From contig NC_134033.1 of NCBI RefSeq assembly GCF_964204645.1, forward strand, positions 13,524,655-13,588,654: a stretch of DNA of 64,000 nt, in the 5' to 3' direction. The number at the start of each line of letters is the position of its first letter. The stretch's first letter is position 1. Shown one piece after another: positions 32,861 through 49,848 of this stretch. The position numbers were made by a program, and so were the translations under genes. The notes under the pieces are model-generated. The model searched no databases. It was given only the letters and a program-made list of their open reading frames with translations, and had not been told where the DNA came from. This DNA is from Tubulanus polymorphus (Eukaryota; Animalia; Nemertea).

Positions 32861-33478
32861 TATATTCATTACTTGTCAATTGGATTCAGGCGAGATTCAA
32901 TTTTATCACAAAGTCTACGAAATTAACGACGTTATAAAGGCATAAAAAAAACATCTATCAGTATCTGTTATTATGTCAATCTAATATTTCTGTTAACAAA
33001 TAGATAAAATACTTTAACAATTTAAAACAAACATAATCAGCAACATTAGATTCATCTCATCATTGCCATAAATTTTCTCGTAATTGATTCACAACATATT
33101 CATTTTGGGTAATATTCATAATGACAATTGTACAATTCATTAATCTTTATCCTCTTCTAATTACAATCATTGCAATGGCAAGGGATACAGGCTGTACAGC
33201 TACATATAAAAGAACATTATACATGTATTCAGTAACATCAACAATGAGCTTTAAGTATCATAAGAGAATGGATTCATAGATGTACTTTCGACCTAAAGGC
33301 CCTCATATTTATACTGGTTCATGATAAAAAGCAGGTTCCATGATCAGTAATGTTTCTTTTTTCAGATTATCATCGAGAGAGTTCTGTCAAATACGACGAC
33401 GCAGTACATTATTTCCATTGGTTTTATCTACAGAACCTAGTATTTCCCTGAGTTCCTACACTGCACATGGTCGTCAAT

Positions 33479-35994
33479 TCATTTCTTCTTTTTCTAACAT
33501 AAATAAAAACCAGAGAAAAGTTTTCATCAAGTACGTGAGGATGGATATGTTCTCTTTACTACGACAAACTCCCAAAATATGACCACCTAAATTGCAAACC
33601 CTAAATGAGCTAGAGATGAAGGTATGAGCAAATACACATTATCTAACCAGACTTACTTTGCCTTTTCCTTTTTTCCCTTTTTTCTTCTTAACCCCGGAGC
33701 CACTTTTGTTGATGTCGGTGAACAGATCTTCTGTCATACGATGAGTTACTCGAATTCCAATAGATTTCAGTTTAGCTACAACATCAGTAACATCGCATCA
33801 TTCAATAATTCAGTGGCCAGGGGGCTGGGGTAGAATTATGCAAGCCCTGCATTAGACTGGATAGTTACCTTCCTTTCTAGTTTTGATACCTTCTAATATT
33901 TCTCGGCCACCAAGATTCCCAATCAAATTCTTATCAAGATCGATTTCTTGTAAGCAATCGGAGAACGTAATCCACCTGCGAGAAAAAGATTTAATCAACC
34001 ACAAAAACTTAAAAATCTAAAACTTTCACAAAACAGCTGGTCGTATAACTTACTGCCTAAACAGTCTCATCGCGATAACAGGAGCAAAGGCTACTTCACC
34101 ATAACTATCAATTCCATTATCAGCAATATGTAGTTTATGCAACCAGGGCCCAACGAGAGGAGGGATAACTTCCTTCTTTTTTTTCTTGCTTTTTCCTAGA
34201 AATATTTTCCACAAATCAACGTACGAAGTCTAAAACGTCTTTTTATCTAATAAGCGAAAAGATGTACCTTTTTTCTTGCCTTTTTTACCCTTTCCTTTCT
34301 TGCCTTTTTTAGAACTCGACTTGTTACTTACATCCGATTTTTCCGAACCTATCCTTGTTGTACCCAACGTCGGATTCAATCTCGCTTCTTTCTCTGAGTG
34401 AACAAAAAGACTAATTGATTAAACCTTAAGTATCATAAATACACCAAATCTCCTACGAACACGTTAAAGAAATGTTTTAAAAGAAAAATAAATATTTCCA
34501 GAGGTTAGTAGGCCTACCTGCTTCAAGCAGTTTTTGTTCTTCTTCCAGTTTGCGATTTTCATCTTCAATTTTTTGGTAATAATCTTGCTCCGCTCGTTCG
34601 GCCAGTACTTTGATTAATTCGATGGTTCCTTCGCAGCGAAGATTGTTGCCATCGAGATACAGCTCCCTATAACATAACACTGTCTTTTTGACGAGTTTGT
34701 TTTCATTATGAATAGAAATGAAAACACAGTTGATGCTATGAAATACATTATATCTTACTGTAAAGCTGTGGTTGTGACCATTTTGCCTAACATTTTCCCA
34801 CTCGCCTTTCCCAAATCACAGTAATTCAAGCTCAGGGATAACAATGTTTTATTACCGACCAATCCTTCGCATAATCCTTGACAGCCTTCATCACTGAACC
34901 TAGAAGTAATGATAACGGATAATTTACCTACAGAGCTTTGGATTTTTTGATACTGTAGATTCCTCCGTTTCTGATTTATAGGATTCTAAAGCCTAGCACC
35001 TTTTTGATTAAGATTGTACTAATCTTTCAAACATTGTAGGTCTAATGTACTTACTCATTATAATCGAGACAGAGTGTAGTGAGCGTGTGGCAGTAATTAA
35101 ATGTCCTGAAATTATTTTTAAAAAACCCACAAATATCATCTATATCATTAGAGTTCATTGTATAGTAAAAGTACAAATTCAAGAAACGGAGAGTTCATGT
35201 ATCTACCTTGCTAGCCGAGTAGCACCGTAAGGTTGTATGAGGCAGTCAATTAATTCGACAACACGAACTTGATAGAATCCCTTTTCCAACATGAGAGACT
35301 GTAAAAGATAAAAGTAAACATACAGCGTGAAGAGCTACAGTACTAGAATTTTAATTAAGACTATAGGCCAAGTAGTTAAAACAAAATATAGGCCCTACCT
35401 TAATTATCTCCTACTAGATCTTAATCTATGAATTATTTTTCAAACAATTTGAATACTTCAATAAAAGACATTTTCTATAAAATAGTAGTAATTGGTTCAG
35501 AGAATGGATCAACTTACCAAAGTTGCTATATTTGAATGTTCCAGAAACAAATCCCAGACATATATATCCTTTATGTACGTATAACGTTCAGATCTGACCG
35601 CGGCAATCAACGGTTCCAACTTTACTTGAAGATCATCCTTCGTTTCCACGGGAACTGGTTCAATTACCAACTATAGTAAAAACAGGAATACACCACACAT
35701 TAATCCATTAATCTTTTGACTTTCCTTTTTTGTACCGGTACTTTTAAATTAATGATTCAATTAAAAATGAAGGTTTAGGCCTACACTTACTTTGACTAAA
35801 AGTTGGTTCTTTTCGATGCAGGCTTTCATCAGTTTTTTTACTCCCATGCAAAGTAAAGTATTGGTATTACGACAATTCATCTCATATGTTTTCATCAAAC
35901 GCTTTACTAAAATATCTGGGTTTTGCAACATTCCTTTCATCTTCTTCTTCTTTCCTCCTTTCTTTTTCCCTTTCTTTCCTTTCTTAGGCGCCAT
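33479..35994 (-). CDS. Leucine-rich repeat protein (RNI-like LRRs) with Lys/Gly-rich tracts; ~11 coding exons
   Basis: MAPKKGKKGKKKGGKKKK...; LTTLCLDYNE|FSDEGCQGLCEGLVGNKTLLSLSLNYCDLGKASG; LQELYLDGNNLRCEG; LHKLHIADNGID; LQEIDLDKNLIGNLGGREILEGI. Last micro-exon 33493-33479 encodes KKKK*. GT-AG junctions keep frame. AATAAA (minus) at ~32553-32558. Confidence 0.85.
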
Positions 35995-37063
35995 ACTGTG
36001 TTAACTACCAACTGTCAACTGAGAGAAGTTCAAGATTTTGTGAATCAATACAATTGTCTTAAGCAGGTATCCCTGATAAAAGATTGAATCACATAATTTC
36101 AATGAGATACATCTGTCAAATATATATCCATAAAATTGGATTGAATTTATGTTGTTTGTATTAGCGACGGCAGAATCGGACGAAGAAACGGGCAAAGGCT
36201 AAAAAATCAACATTACAGCTAGTTAAAACTGAAAGATTGTGTAAACTGAAATTAAATATTAAAAGCATTATATTTACTCATTAATAGTCAAATATTCATT
36301 GAAGGAAGGGCTACCAAACCCTTAAATTACAGACATGTAAATGGGATTCGAACCCATTTCTCAGCTATGGTGGTTGTCGAAATATCGCATGTCGTAATGC
36401 ACTAATTGCCAATTCAATCAATTATATCTTTATTGATGCTGTTTCTACAAATGATGTAAAAATATCTCCACGATCTGAATTCCAAATTCAGTTTTCTAGC
36501 AGTGAAGAAAGGTATGTTACTAATTGTTATTTCTGACACTGAATAAAATGAATCAATGTCATAACTTGCGGCTATGGGTAGAATTATGCGAATTGATGTA
36601 AGAGCTCTTCAATTCAATTCAATCCAGTACTTTATTGTGTCATAATCGGTATGAAATGAAGTGCCTTGAAATAAAACAACATATATGTGGGTAAGATTTC
36701 AGTTTAGGTCACCTGCATGATAGTGAATAAAGATAAAGGAGGGTCATGGCAAGGTTTGTCAATTATTCTTTTTTGCACCAACGCCGGGACGGTTGAGTGA
36801 TACTGAATGAGGAGTGGCAGTGCCAACCACAGGGACTTGATACAAAAGGATTTTGACCCCAGTATCCTAGGTACTATATTTGAAAAGACCAAAGAACAGA
36901 AGAACAAGCCTATGCCTAGTCTAGTACCTAGCCGTCGTTCCGCAAACAACGGAAGGAACCGGTTGTAGGGAACCGGTAACAATGACTGGTATTCAGACTA
37001 GCCCATTCCAAAAGCCCACCAGTCTGAATACCACATGATCTAGTAGAACATTGGCTATCAAAT

Positions 37064-37197
37064 CACAGGGCCTCATATCAGAGTTGTAGGTAGTGTAAAA
37101 ATGGTAATCTGTTAATCCTGTGTCTATAATGTATAACAGACACTGGATTTGACAGATTGTTTTGACATGACCTACAACTCTGATGTGAGCCCCTGTG
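37064..37197. mobile_element. Palindromic MITE, CACAGGGGCTC-type TIR
   Basis: cacagggcctcatatcagagttgtaggt ... acctacaactctgatgtgagcccctgtg. Related copy at ~42689-42854. Confidence 0.7.
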
Positions 37198-37285
37198 TAT
37201 CAGATGGCCAGTCTGACTCTGTCTCTTAGTAAAATGAGATTTTCCACTGTCTTGTTTTTATTCACAGAGTAGGCTCCGTGTGAAG

Positions 37286-41637
<4,352 letters not shown>

Positions 41638-42688
41638 TAACCGAAACAAATGAATTAAGACTAATTCTAAAATTGTCTCCTTTCAACTCAAATACTTCTA
41701 TGTGTAACATATAACATGTTTTTATAATATTTTTGTGTAAAAACTATGAAATAAAAACTGTGCATATCAAACAAGCAAGTGATTAGTATATTTTCTAGAG
41801 AAACTGAACATTTCATATTGTGTTGATTAATATTTTCACGGGAAATGCTGTCAGAATACACATTTTTTGTATCAAATTTTTAGACCAGGGCGTTTCCAGT
41901 CAGTTTATTCTAAATTAACATTTTACATATGAACCAAGCGCTAGTGCCACCATAAGGATTTGGATATTCTCGGAGCCACCCACTTCTATTAGTGTATAGG
42001 TATTTTGTGTATATTACGCCTCTAGTACTTATCAGCTTATGTGTAGGATAGTCTAGGATATATCGAAGTAAAACTAATTTTTAGAAGGTAAGCACCAGGA
42101 TATTTTATCATCATTTTCAAATGCTGTTAATTTAGGGAGGAATATGTAGTGACATTCAATTCGTCACCTGTAGTTGAGTTGAGACTGAGGTGGCTGGCAA
42201 CAACAGTCATTAGTAAAAAAATGGGTCTCCCCCATTCATTCATTAAACACTAAAACAGAACAGATTGATTAATCAAATTAATTGACAGTCGTTTGATTTA
42301 TGGCTAAACCGTCTAGTCAGTAACTAATTACCTATTTTATTGGCGTTGAGCTTACAACTCTAATTGAACAATTTAAGATTGGAATGGATGGGTGTAACCT
42401 GTGGTTTAGTTTCACGAAGACGATCGGATATTTTCACAAACCACATTGGTATAAGTCCATCCGATTATAAAAAGCTTACCACCAACGATTAGGTAACTAA
42501 CTAGTACCTAGGATACTGGGTCAAATCTTTGATTTTGGACCCCCAGCTATGATGACGAGCCCCTGTGACACCAACATATGACCAATAGCAATATTTAGTC
42601 TGAATTTTATCAGACGACAGACGTTACTGTTAGGCGGGTAAACAGCTAGAGACTAACCAAAATGGCACAACTATGCCAAAATGCATGG

Positions 42689-42854
42689 ACAGGGGCTCAG
42701 AGTAGATTAATGTGAAAACGACGATCTATTGATCCAATATCTATAGTATATACCGGTATAAAATAGGTATTTTATATATACTATGTCTATAGACATTGAA
42801 ATAATAGATTATTGTTTTTACATTAATCTACGACTCTGATACGAGCCCCTGTGC
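42689..42854. mobile_element. Palindromic MITE (same family as 37064-37197)
   Basis: acaggggctcagagtagattaatgtgaaaac ... gtttttacattaatctacgactctgatacgagcccctgtg. Confidence 0.7.
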
Positions 42855-43753
42855 CTAAATGTGCTTAGTAAAAAGATATGCGCGATCATGATTTTAGTTT
42901 TTTAGATTGATCATTTACATTACACTCCTCGAGCGTCAGGGCCTGGGGCCAGTTTTACGAAAACGATTAACTGTTAAATCAATTATAAGGAAAACTGAAT
43001 TAAGATAGCAAATCGTTAAAAGTATTAGGATTAAATCATTTTTATGAAACTGTCTTGATTTTTATAATGGGCACAATTTGACATGTTGAAAAAATTGCGA
43101 AATACTGAACCTCTAGAAAAACAAATTGAGCAATCCTATATAATTGCGCAGTCAGTCACAATGTGTTGCTTATATGTACTGGTGGGACGTGGTATTGATT
43201 TCTGCATCCATGTATTGAGTTTTTTAAATGGTAGTTTGTGTGCCTAGTGCCACAAATCAAACTGGTTTTTCATAAGCGGTCTATAAGCGGTAGCTACATC
43301 ATATTATGCAGGCCTAATAAACAAAAAACATTAGCTGTTGACATTGGTTGCTATGAGGTGAGTGATTGGTCTCCAATGAATGGTTACAGTTTCCATTCAG
43401 TTGTGAACACCTGCAAATATAGCTTCAATAAGGCACATGTAAATCTGTTGAGGAGATATTCATTGCAGATATTCAAATACACTTGAAACGGACATATTGG
43501 TGCAAATAACGTTTTACCTGTTTTTGAAGTTTTGTGATGTTCAAATTTTGAAGTTAGGGACTATCGAATGGTAATATTTATTCAGGTCTGAATTCTGGAA
43601 GGCTTGTGCTCTTTTAGAAGTTTAGGCTTCATGGGTGGGATCTTAACTATTGGTTGTATAACATGTATTATCCCCTGAAATATTTGCATCGCATGCAGGC
43701 CTATTCTTCTGTTATAGGTTTGGAATTGTTCTTTTTAAGACCTTCAAAACAAA

Positions 43754-46700
43754 ATGGCAGCCCCAGTAATGCAGCAACCCGGTAAGTAGCAATATTGTAT
43801 TGTGATCACTAAAAATAGCTTGGATATCTAGTTCAACCACAGACAAGACGGGGTATAGGGCGTGACTGATTGTTTGTCACTGCTAATTATGACTTGGATT
43901 GTCCTAAACAAGTCTTCATGTAGAAAGTTTATCAGTACTATTTATCCATTTGCCAAATTACAGTGTTGTCAAACTACATATTTATAGAATCAAATTGATA
44001 ATGGTATTTTTAGTAACGTACATTGGCAATACACTAGTTGTTAGTACCGGTATTTAATGGCTTGGTAATAGTTTGCAGCTAGGCCCTAATAGAAACTATT
44101 TTTCCATAGTGCAGAAATGGAAAAAATTAAGATTTACTGCAAGATAACAACCCTATCTAACCATGTTGTGGTATTTCGTTCTATTTGCAGTTGCTTGGGT
44201 GTCAGCACCTCAAGGCAAACCTGCAAACTGTCCACCAGGTTTAGAGTATCTCACCCAGGTCGATCAGCTCTTAGTTCATCAACAAATAGAGCTTTTAGAA
44301 GGTAAATATTGAATCCGACTAGAGAGAGCAAGTTTGGTGTACAGACTGCTGGTTGCAGCTAAAATAGCAATTCATACTGTCAACTGAAAAACAAAGAATA
44401 TTTGTAGGGCCTAATCATGTGAACCTGCTGATTAGCAGATTTAGGGGTTGGTTCTGGGGGCTCTGATCCTTGCCACTACATTGAGGTTACCCTTTTTGTC
44501 AAGACAGAAATATTCGTTAAAACCTGCAAATTTGAACTCATCCTCTCATTGCATCTTTTCTGATGGATTTCTTCAAAATATATACTTTGGCACTGATGGT
44601 GGATCTCCGCAAGTGTGCTCTTCAACGTAGCTGCCTTCCATTCGAGGAATAAACTTTCTTTCCTTTTGGAACACCTGGGTTTTCTATTTTTCCAGAGCCC
44701 TGCCCAGGGGCAGATTGAGAAGAATTTAGAAGGACTTGTAACATTTCAAAAGGGCACTTTGATGTCCAAAAAGGCAATACTAAGCACATTCCCCGTGGAA
44801 ATGCACCATTATCTTAGTTGACAAAATGAAAAAGGCTATTTGAAAAAAAATTTGGTGGACATGTACAAGTCTCATAAGTCCCCCTGGATCGGCCCCTGGC
44901 ACCTGGTGAGTCACAATGATTCACTGCGATTTCACAGTTGCATAGCAAATTCTGGTGTAATGAATTCAGCGTGTCATTAGTGGAATATTATGTTATGTAC
45001 AGTGACTTAGTTACAGCGGTCTATCTCCCGCTGTGGTCGTTTATACTGAATAAATGTTAAACAGCTTATTTCTATGATAATTGATTCTGTTCCATACATT
45101 CTGTTATCATCCAAAGGACATTGTTGAATCTAAATCGATCGTAGCATGGTGATCTAATAGCGTAGCGTTGACAGTTTTATTTCGTTACTATGGATCTGAT
45201 GATACTTTAACAGAAATACAATAAGCCAATTATTTCGCTGAAAATCAAATCAAATTGAATTACATACTAGTAATGATCAACTGAAAAACTTACGAAGCCC
45301 CTGAGATTAGCTAAATCACGTTTCTATGCCCGCAGAATGTAAATTATTGAAATAGTATCGTCGTTCGGCAAAGTAAATCAACCCGCTTCTTCGGTTACTT
45401 TCAGCGTTCACTGGATTTGAAACGAACAATAAATATGAGATCAAGAACTCAATGGGACAACGCGTCTACTTCGCAGCGGAAGGTTCCGTACATTCATGAA
45501 TGCCTTTCCCATTAATAACCCAAAAATCGAATCGTAAATGTTAATGATTTTGTGTGCGATGAATTTCAGACACGAGTTGCTGTACTCGTAACTGCTGCGG
45601 TCCGTCTCGTCCGTTCGAAATACAGATCATGGATAATTCCGGCCGTGAAGTGATACATTTACATCGTCCTCTACGTTGCTCGACGTGTTGGTGCCCGTGC
45701 TGTTTACAGGTAGCTGTTTTATCCACTTCGTATGAACATTCGTTCCTCCTTACTTCCGCAAGAGACAATTTGCCACTTATACTATGAGTGCTGCGTGTGG
45801 GAAGCAATTTGCAGAGGTCTGTTAGTCCTCCCCCCAAAAAAATTGAAAATATAGATCATTCTAAGACCAACTTAGTTCTATAGCCAATCTAACAACTTTA
45901 GCCGGTCTTAAGATTTAAGACTACTATTTGACTTAAGCCACAACTGTGCCACTGAGCCCTGAGTATTTTCTAAATAGGCCTACGTATTTCTCGTATTTGT
46001 TGTATTGGGAAAAAATTGTGTTGTGTCATAGATCGACACCTGCGTTATAAACTATGTTTGCTTCGGATCTTGTGGGACCAATAGATTCTCTCCAGAGTAA
46101 TTGGAGTAGGAATGAATTGTGATCACAATGTATTGGAGTATGAAGATTTATAAATAGTTTGTCCTGGGGTACACGATTATCCAAGGCAATCAACTCCAGG
46201 GTAAATGGAGTCTACCGTACCACTACTATTGGCCCTGACCTTTTTCAAACGGTACTAGATCGATTCTGATGTCAGATCGTTTATTATCTTCCATAGAAAG
46301 TTGAGGTGTCCGCTCCAGTCGGAAACAACATTGGTTACATCAAACAAGCATGGAGCATATGCTCACCTAAATTCTATATCCAAGACTCTAAAGAGGAAAC
46401 CGTCTTACAAATACAGGGTCCATGTTTTCATTGTTCAATCTGTGGAGATGTGGAATTTCAAGTAAGTATTTTTTTAAAATGTGTGGACAGTTGTTTACTA
46501 ATACTTGGTTTTTCTGGTTTTGATATGTAATACCTCTTTGATGGTGATTTCATATCATTTCTCCTTGAATCATTGATTGCAAAGTTGTTATAACAAGAAA
46601 AGTTAGATGCACAAGTTTCACGTGTTGCCAAAATGTTCTTTTTTGGCAACATGTGAAAATTGTGCATCTAACTTTTCTTGTAAAAACAACTTGACAATCA

Positions 46701-47081
46701 TTGATTGCGGCAGAAATGCCTTCGCCACCGATGTTACACATGTTTAAAGCGTAGATATTTAATTTGAACAGGTCTTGTCAGCTGACGGTGATGTTCAGGT
46801 CGGTAAAATCTCCAAACAGTGGTCAGGATTCGCGAAGGAACTCTTCACGGATGCCGATAATTTCGGCATTCAGTTTCCAATGGATCTGGACGTCAATATC
46901 AAAGCAGTTATGGTTGGAGCTGTGTTTCTCATTGTAAGCTGACTGATATTTTTGATAAACGATCTATTCCTGCAAAATATGTCTCCTTATACTTTGTTAA
47001 ATTCCTACTGCCTATTTGTAGGATTTCATGTTCTTTGAGAAAGAAGACAACAAAGAAAATACGAAAGTAGGCATGGTTTAA
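43754..47081 (+). CDS. PLSCR: Phospholipid scramblase (PLSCR family); 7 coding exons
   Basis: MAAPVMQQP|[29 protein letters not shown]|[26 protein letters not shown]|[31 protein letters not shown]|[14 protein letters not shown]|[38 protein letters not shown]|DFMFFE..GMV*. Exons ~43754-43781, 44191-44301, 45405-45482, 45570-45709, 46297-46461, 46772-46933, 47022-47081. Confidence 0.96.
44704..44899. mobile_element. Non-autonomous DNA element with CAGGGGC(G)GATC-type termini
   Basis: caggggcagat ... ggatcggcccctg. Related ends at ~31108-31425 (ggatccgcccctg), ~49037-49050, ~51600 and ~57720-57872. Confidence 0.5.
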
Positions 47082-47779
47082 GATGTAACGATGTAACCCG
47101 GCCCTTTGATCTTGTAAGTTGTTAACATAAACTCTTCTGTTCATTTGCTATTTCTAATTATCCGATAATCTTCCATGACGATACCGAGATTGCAAAAACG
47201 TAATTTACATTTTCTTATCGCTATCAATTGCGAAGTTGACATATTCTGTTGTAAATCCTGCATAACGTTGTTTGCTTTTGTTTCAGTGTTTAGCGTTTAT
47301 CTCACAACGGTCACAATAAATACCCTGCATAGTTGATGCAGTGTCCTCTTCTCTCCGTGCAGTCAACGGAAAGCACATGATGAATGTAGACGACCTTGAT
47401 ACAGCAGAAGGTAGTAAAATTTGGATGTTCTAAAATGATATAACGTGTCGATACAAATTCCGATGATTAATAAGTAATGTTTCAAGTACATTTGTAATAT
47501 TGTATATTCTGCTAAATTGTCATAATTCACAGAGAAAAAGTGTTATTGCATGCATTGTGTTGGCATTCATTTGACTGTTCACTTGCATTATACTGCTGGC
47601 TACTCATATATTATAATATATCTATACATGTAATACATTTAAATCGGCACTGTAACATTAATGTAGCAACGGAATTAAACAGGTTAATTTCAGAAAATTT
47701 GATATTTATTTTGGAAAGTTTATAACTGCCATGTGATACAATGTCTAATACAGTCACTTTCAGCAGATATTGTATTACT

Positions 47780-47879
47780 GGATCCAGTTCCACAGTTGTG
47801 AGTTAGGAGTTAAGATTAGTTCATTTTCAAAAAGTTAGCTCAGAGTCAAATCTTAACACAGAACTGTGGAACTGGGTCC
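47780..47879. mobile_element. Short inverted-repeat MITE
   Basis: ggatccagttccacagtt ... aactgtggaactgggtcc. One end recurs at ~56510-56580 (cagttccacagttgtgagttag...ttagttcattttcaa) and a related end lies at ~45940-45959. Confidence 0.65.
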
Positions 47880-48322
47880 TGATGGATAGTCAACCAGTCT
47901 TTATACCAGTAGATCTGTTTAGCCCTGCGTTTATTCTGTTTAGATCTGTTTCCACGCGTAATGTTTATGGTATAATGTTATTACCAGGGATTCAATTACT
48001 GTCGCAGTATCAATAGTTTGACATTTGGGCGTATTGTATACGCGGTTCAAGAATGATCAGTATAACCGGGGTAAATTAAGATCACTGGTCAGTCCAAAAT
48101 AAATTATTCTTTGATATTACTCGATTCACATCATAAATGTTGCTGTTGTCTGTACTAGTAAAATATCCAGATGGATATATATTTTTGTAGGTAAACGTTC
48201 AAGGCAATTATTTGATGAATGTTAATGATCACTTGAAATCACAATATCTGTGATGAAACGTAAATGTCACATCTATGATTGTACTTTAAAGTCTATTAGT
48301 ATCAAGTAACCTATATCATTTA

Positions 48323-48356
48323 AGACTGAAGAAGGGTAACCGCCTGAAATATTTCT
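48323..48356 (+). ncRNA. Degenerate minimal hammerhead-like motif (Penelope-like), downstream of the PLSCR stop
   Basis: aga-CTGAAGA-a-GGGT-aacc-GCCT-GAAA-TATT-tct. It is followed by ttttcaatc...ttatgggattt, as is the 40961 element. Confidence 0.45.
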
Positions 48357-49848
48357 ATTTTCAATCGACTTTTTAGTTCAATTGCAATTATGGGATTTTA
48401 TCTATTTATGTTTGTAAAATGATTTTTAAATTCCCGTGTGCTTGCCAGAATTCAGAATTAATCCTTCTTCCACCGGGGTCATTGTACTCACTGTAGTGAG
48501 TAGAATACTTAACATCTTCTAATGTATTTATAGATAGTTTTATTGGTCTTTCACTAATGTACGATAGAATACATGTACTATTTATATAAAGGTTTATGTA
48601 ATATGTACTTATTTTTTTATAAAATCTGTCTCAACTTTTAGATGAGTGATGATTAGCCATCGCCACTTGTTGTATTGCTGTTTTAAAGAATATTTTAAAT
48701 TGAGCGATATGAAATATATTCCGACAGTTTAATTAAGCTTGCCGCTTGACATATTATGTCTCGTATATCAGTTACAAACAGTTTGTTTATTGAATGATAT
48801 ATTTCTATTATAATGCATATTAACAATTATTTTCTTATCGTCGTTAAGAATTGTTCGGATGATTCATATCAATGTCAATTTAAGTGCCATATAACTACGG
48901 TGGATTCATGATGTTATAAAAGCGAAATTTCAATTCAGTTTTTGAACACCTGCTTGTTTTGATCTTTTTCTTTGAGAAATTACAAATACAAGGAGAAATG
49001 ATTGTATTTTATCCAGACACCTTTGGGAGTTGCCTCTAGATCCACCCCTGAACTGAAATAATCACATTCTGAATAATAAAAGTATTTCCTTTGAATGAGT
49101 ATTTTTGAAATTGGGAATTTCAGCAAAGACGCTAATTAGTAGTATCAATGTGTACCTTAGTTTTCAGAAGACTTGCAGAAGTTTGGCATTTTTGCTTTAC
49201 CTGATTTGTAAAACTAATTTCGTATCTGGTCTGACCTTGTTTGGGTTGAGGCAAATTGACACTTGATCATTGGCCAAATAAAAAGTCTTGAGTTTAATGA
49301 TATTTTTGCTTTTTGAGAATGTGTAGAGAATCTGTGATGGGAGATAATATCTTGTAAGTGTAATGAATTTAGTTCATATTCATTATCCGGCATTTTATTT
49401 TTATTTTCTAATGATGGCCCATTTGTGGCATTGTTGTTGTTAAGCTTTTTAACATTATGCAAGGAATTTGTTGTCACCCAAGATGTCATGGACATTGAAC
49501 TTTGAATGACGGTCTATTCATGATGTGTTGTCCACCTATCGGTAAAAATTGTTCATCATCCAATGACAGAGCTTTAGAAGGCTGTTCAGCCTATTTTGTA
49601 CATGCTTCGTCTTACTTGGTGTTGCCATTCGCCAGAACCCATGAAAAATGAAAGGTTTTTGACAACAGAGCAAAGCCTACTGCTTCGACTTTTGAGTTTG
49701 CATTTTCTTTTATTCGGCGTCGCACTAGCCTCAACTGTTCACTGCGAACCTGAAAGCCAGTCGTCCGTTCTCCGCAGTGTTTTGATTGCCGCACGGTGCA
49801 GCCACTGCGGATACTCGAGAATCACCGGGAGACGACGATTGTTTCAAA

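Noticed and set aside
49786-49848. Upstream in-frame extension of FBXO36 in the ORF track
   Set aside because: Begins at a non-ATG codon. ATG 49849 (caaaATGG) is in good context.
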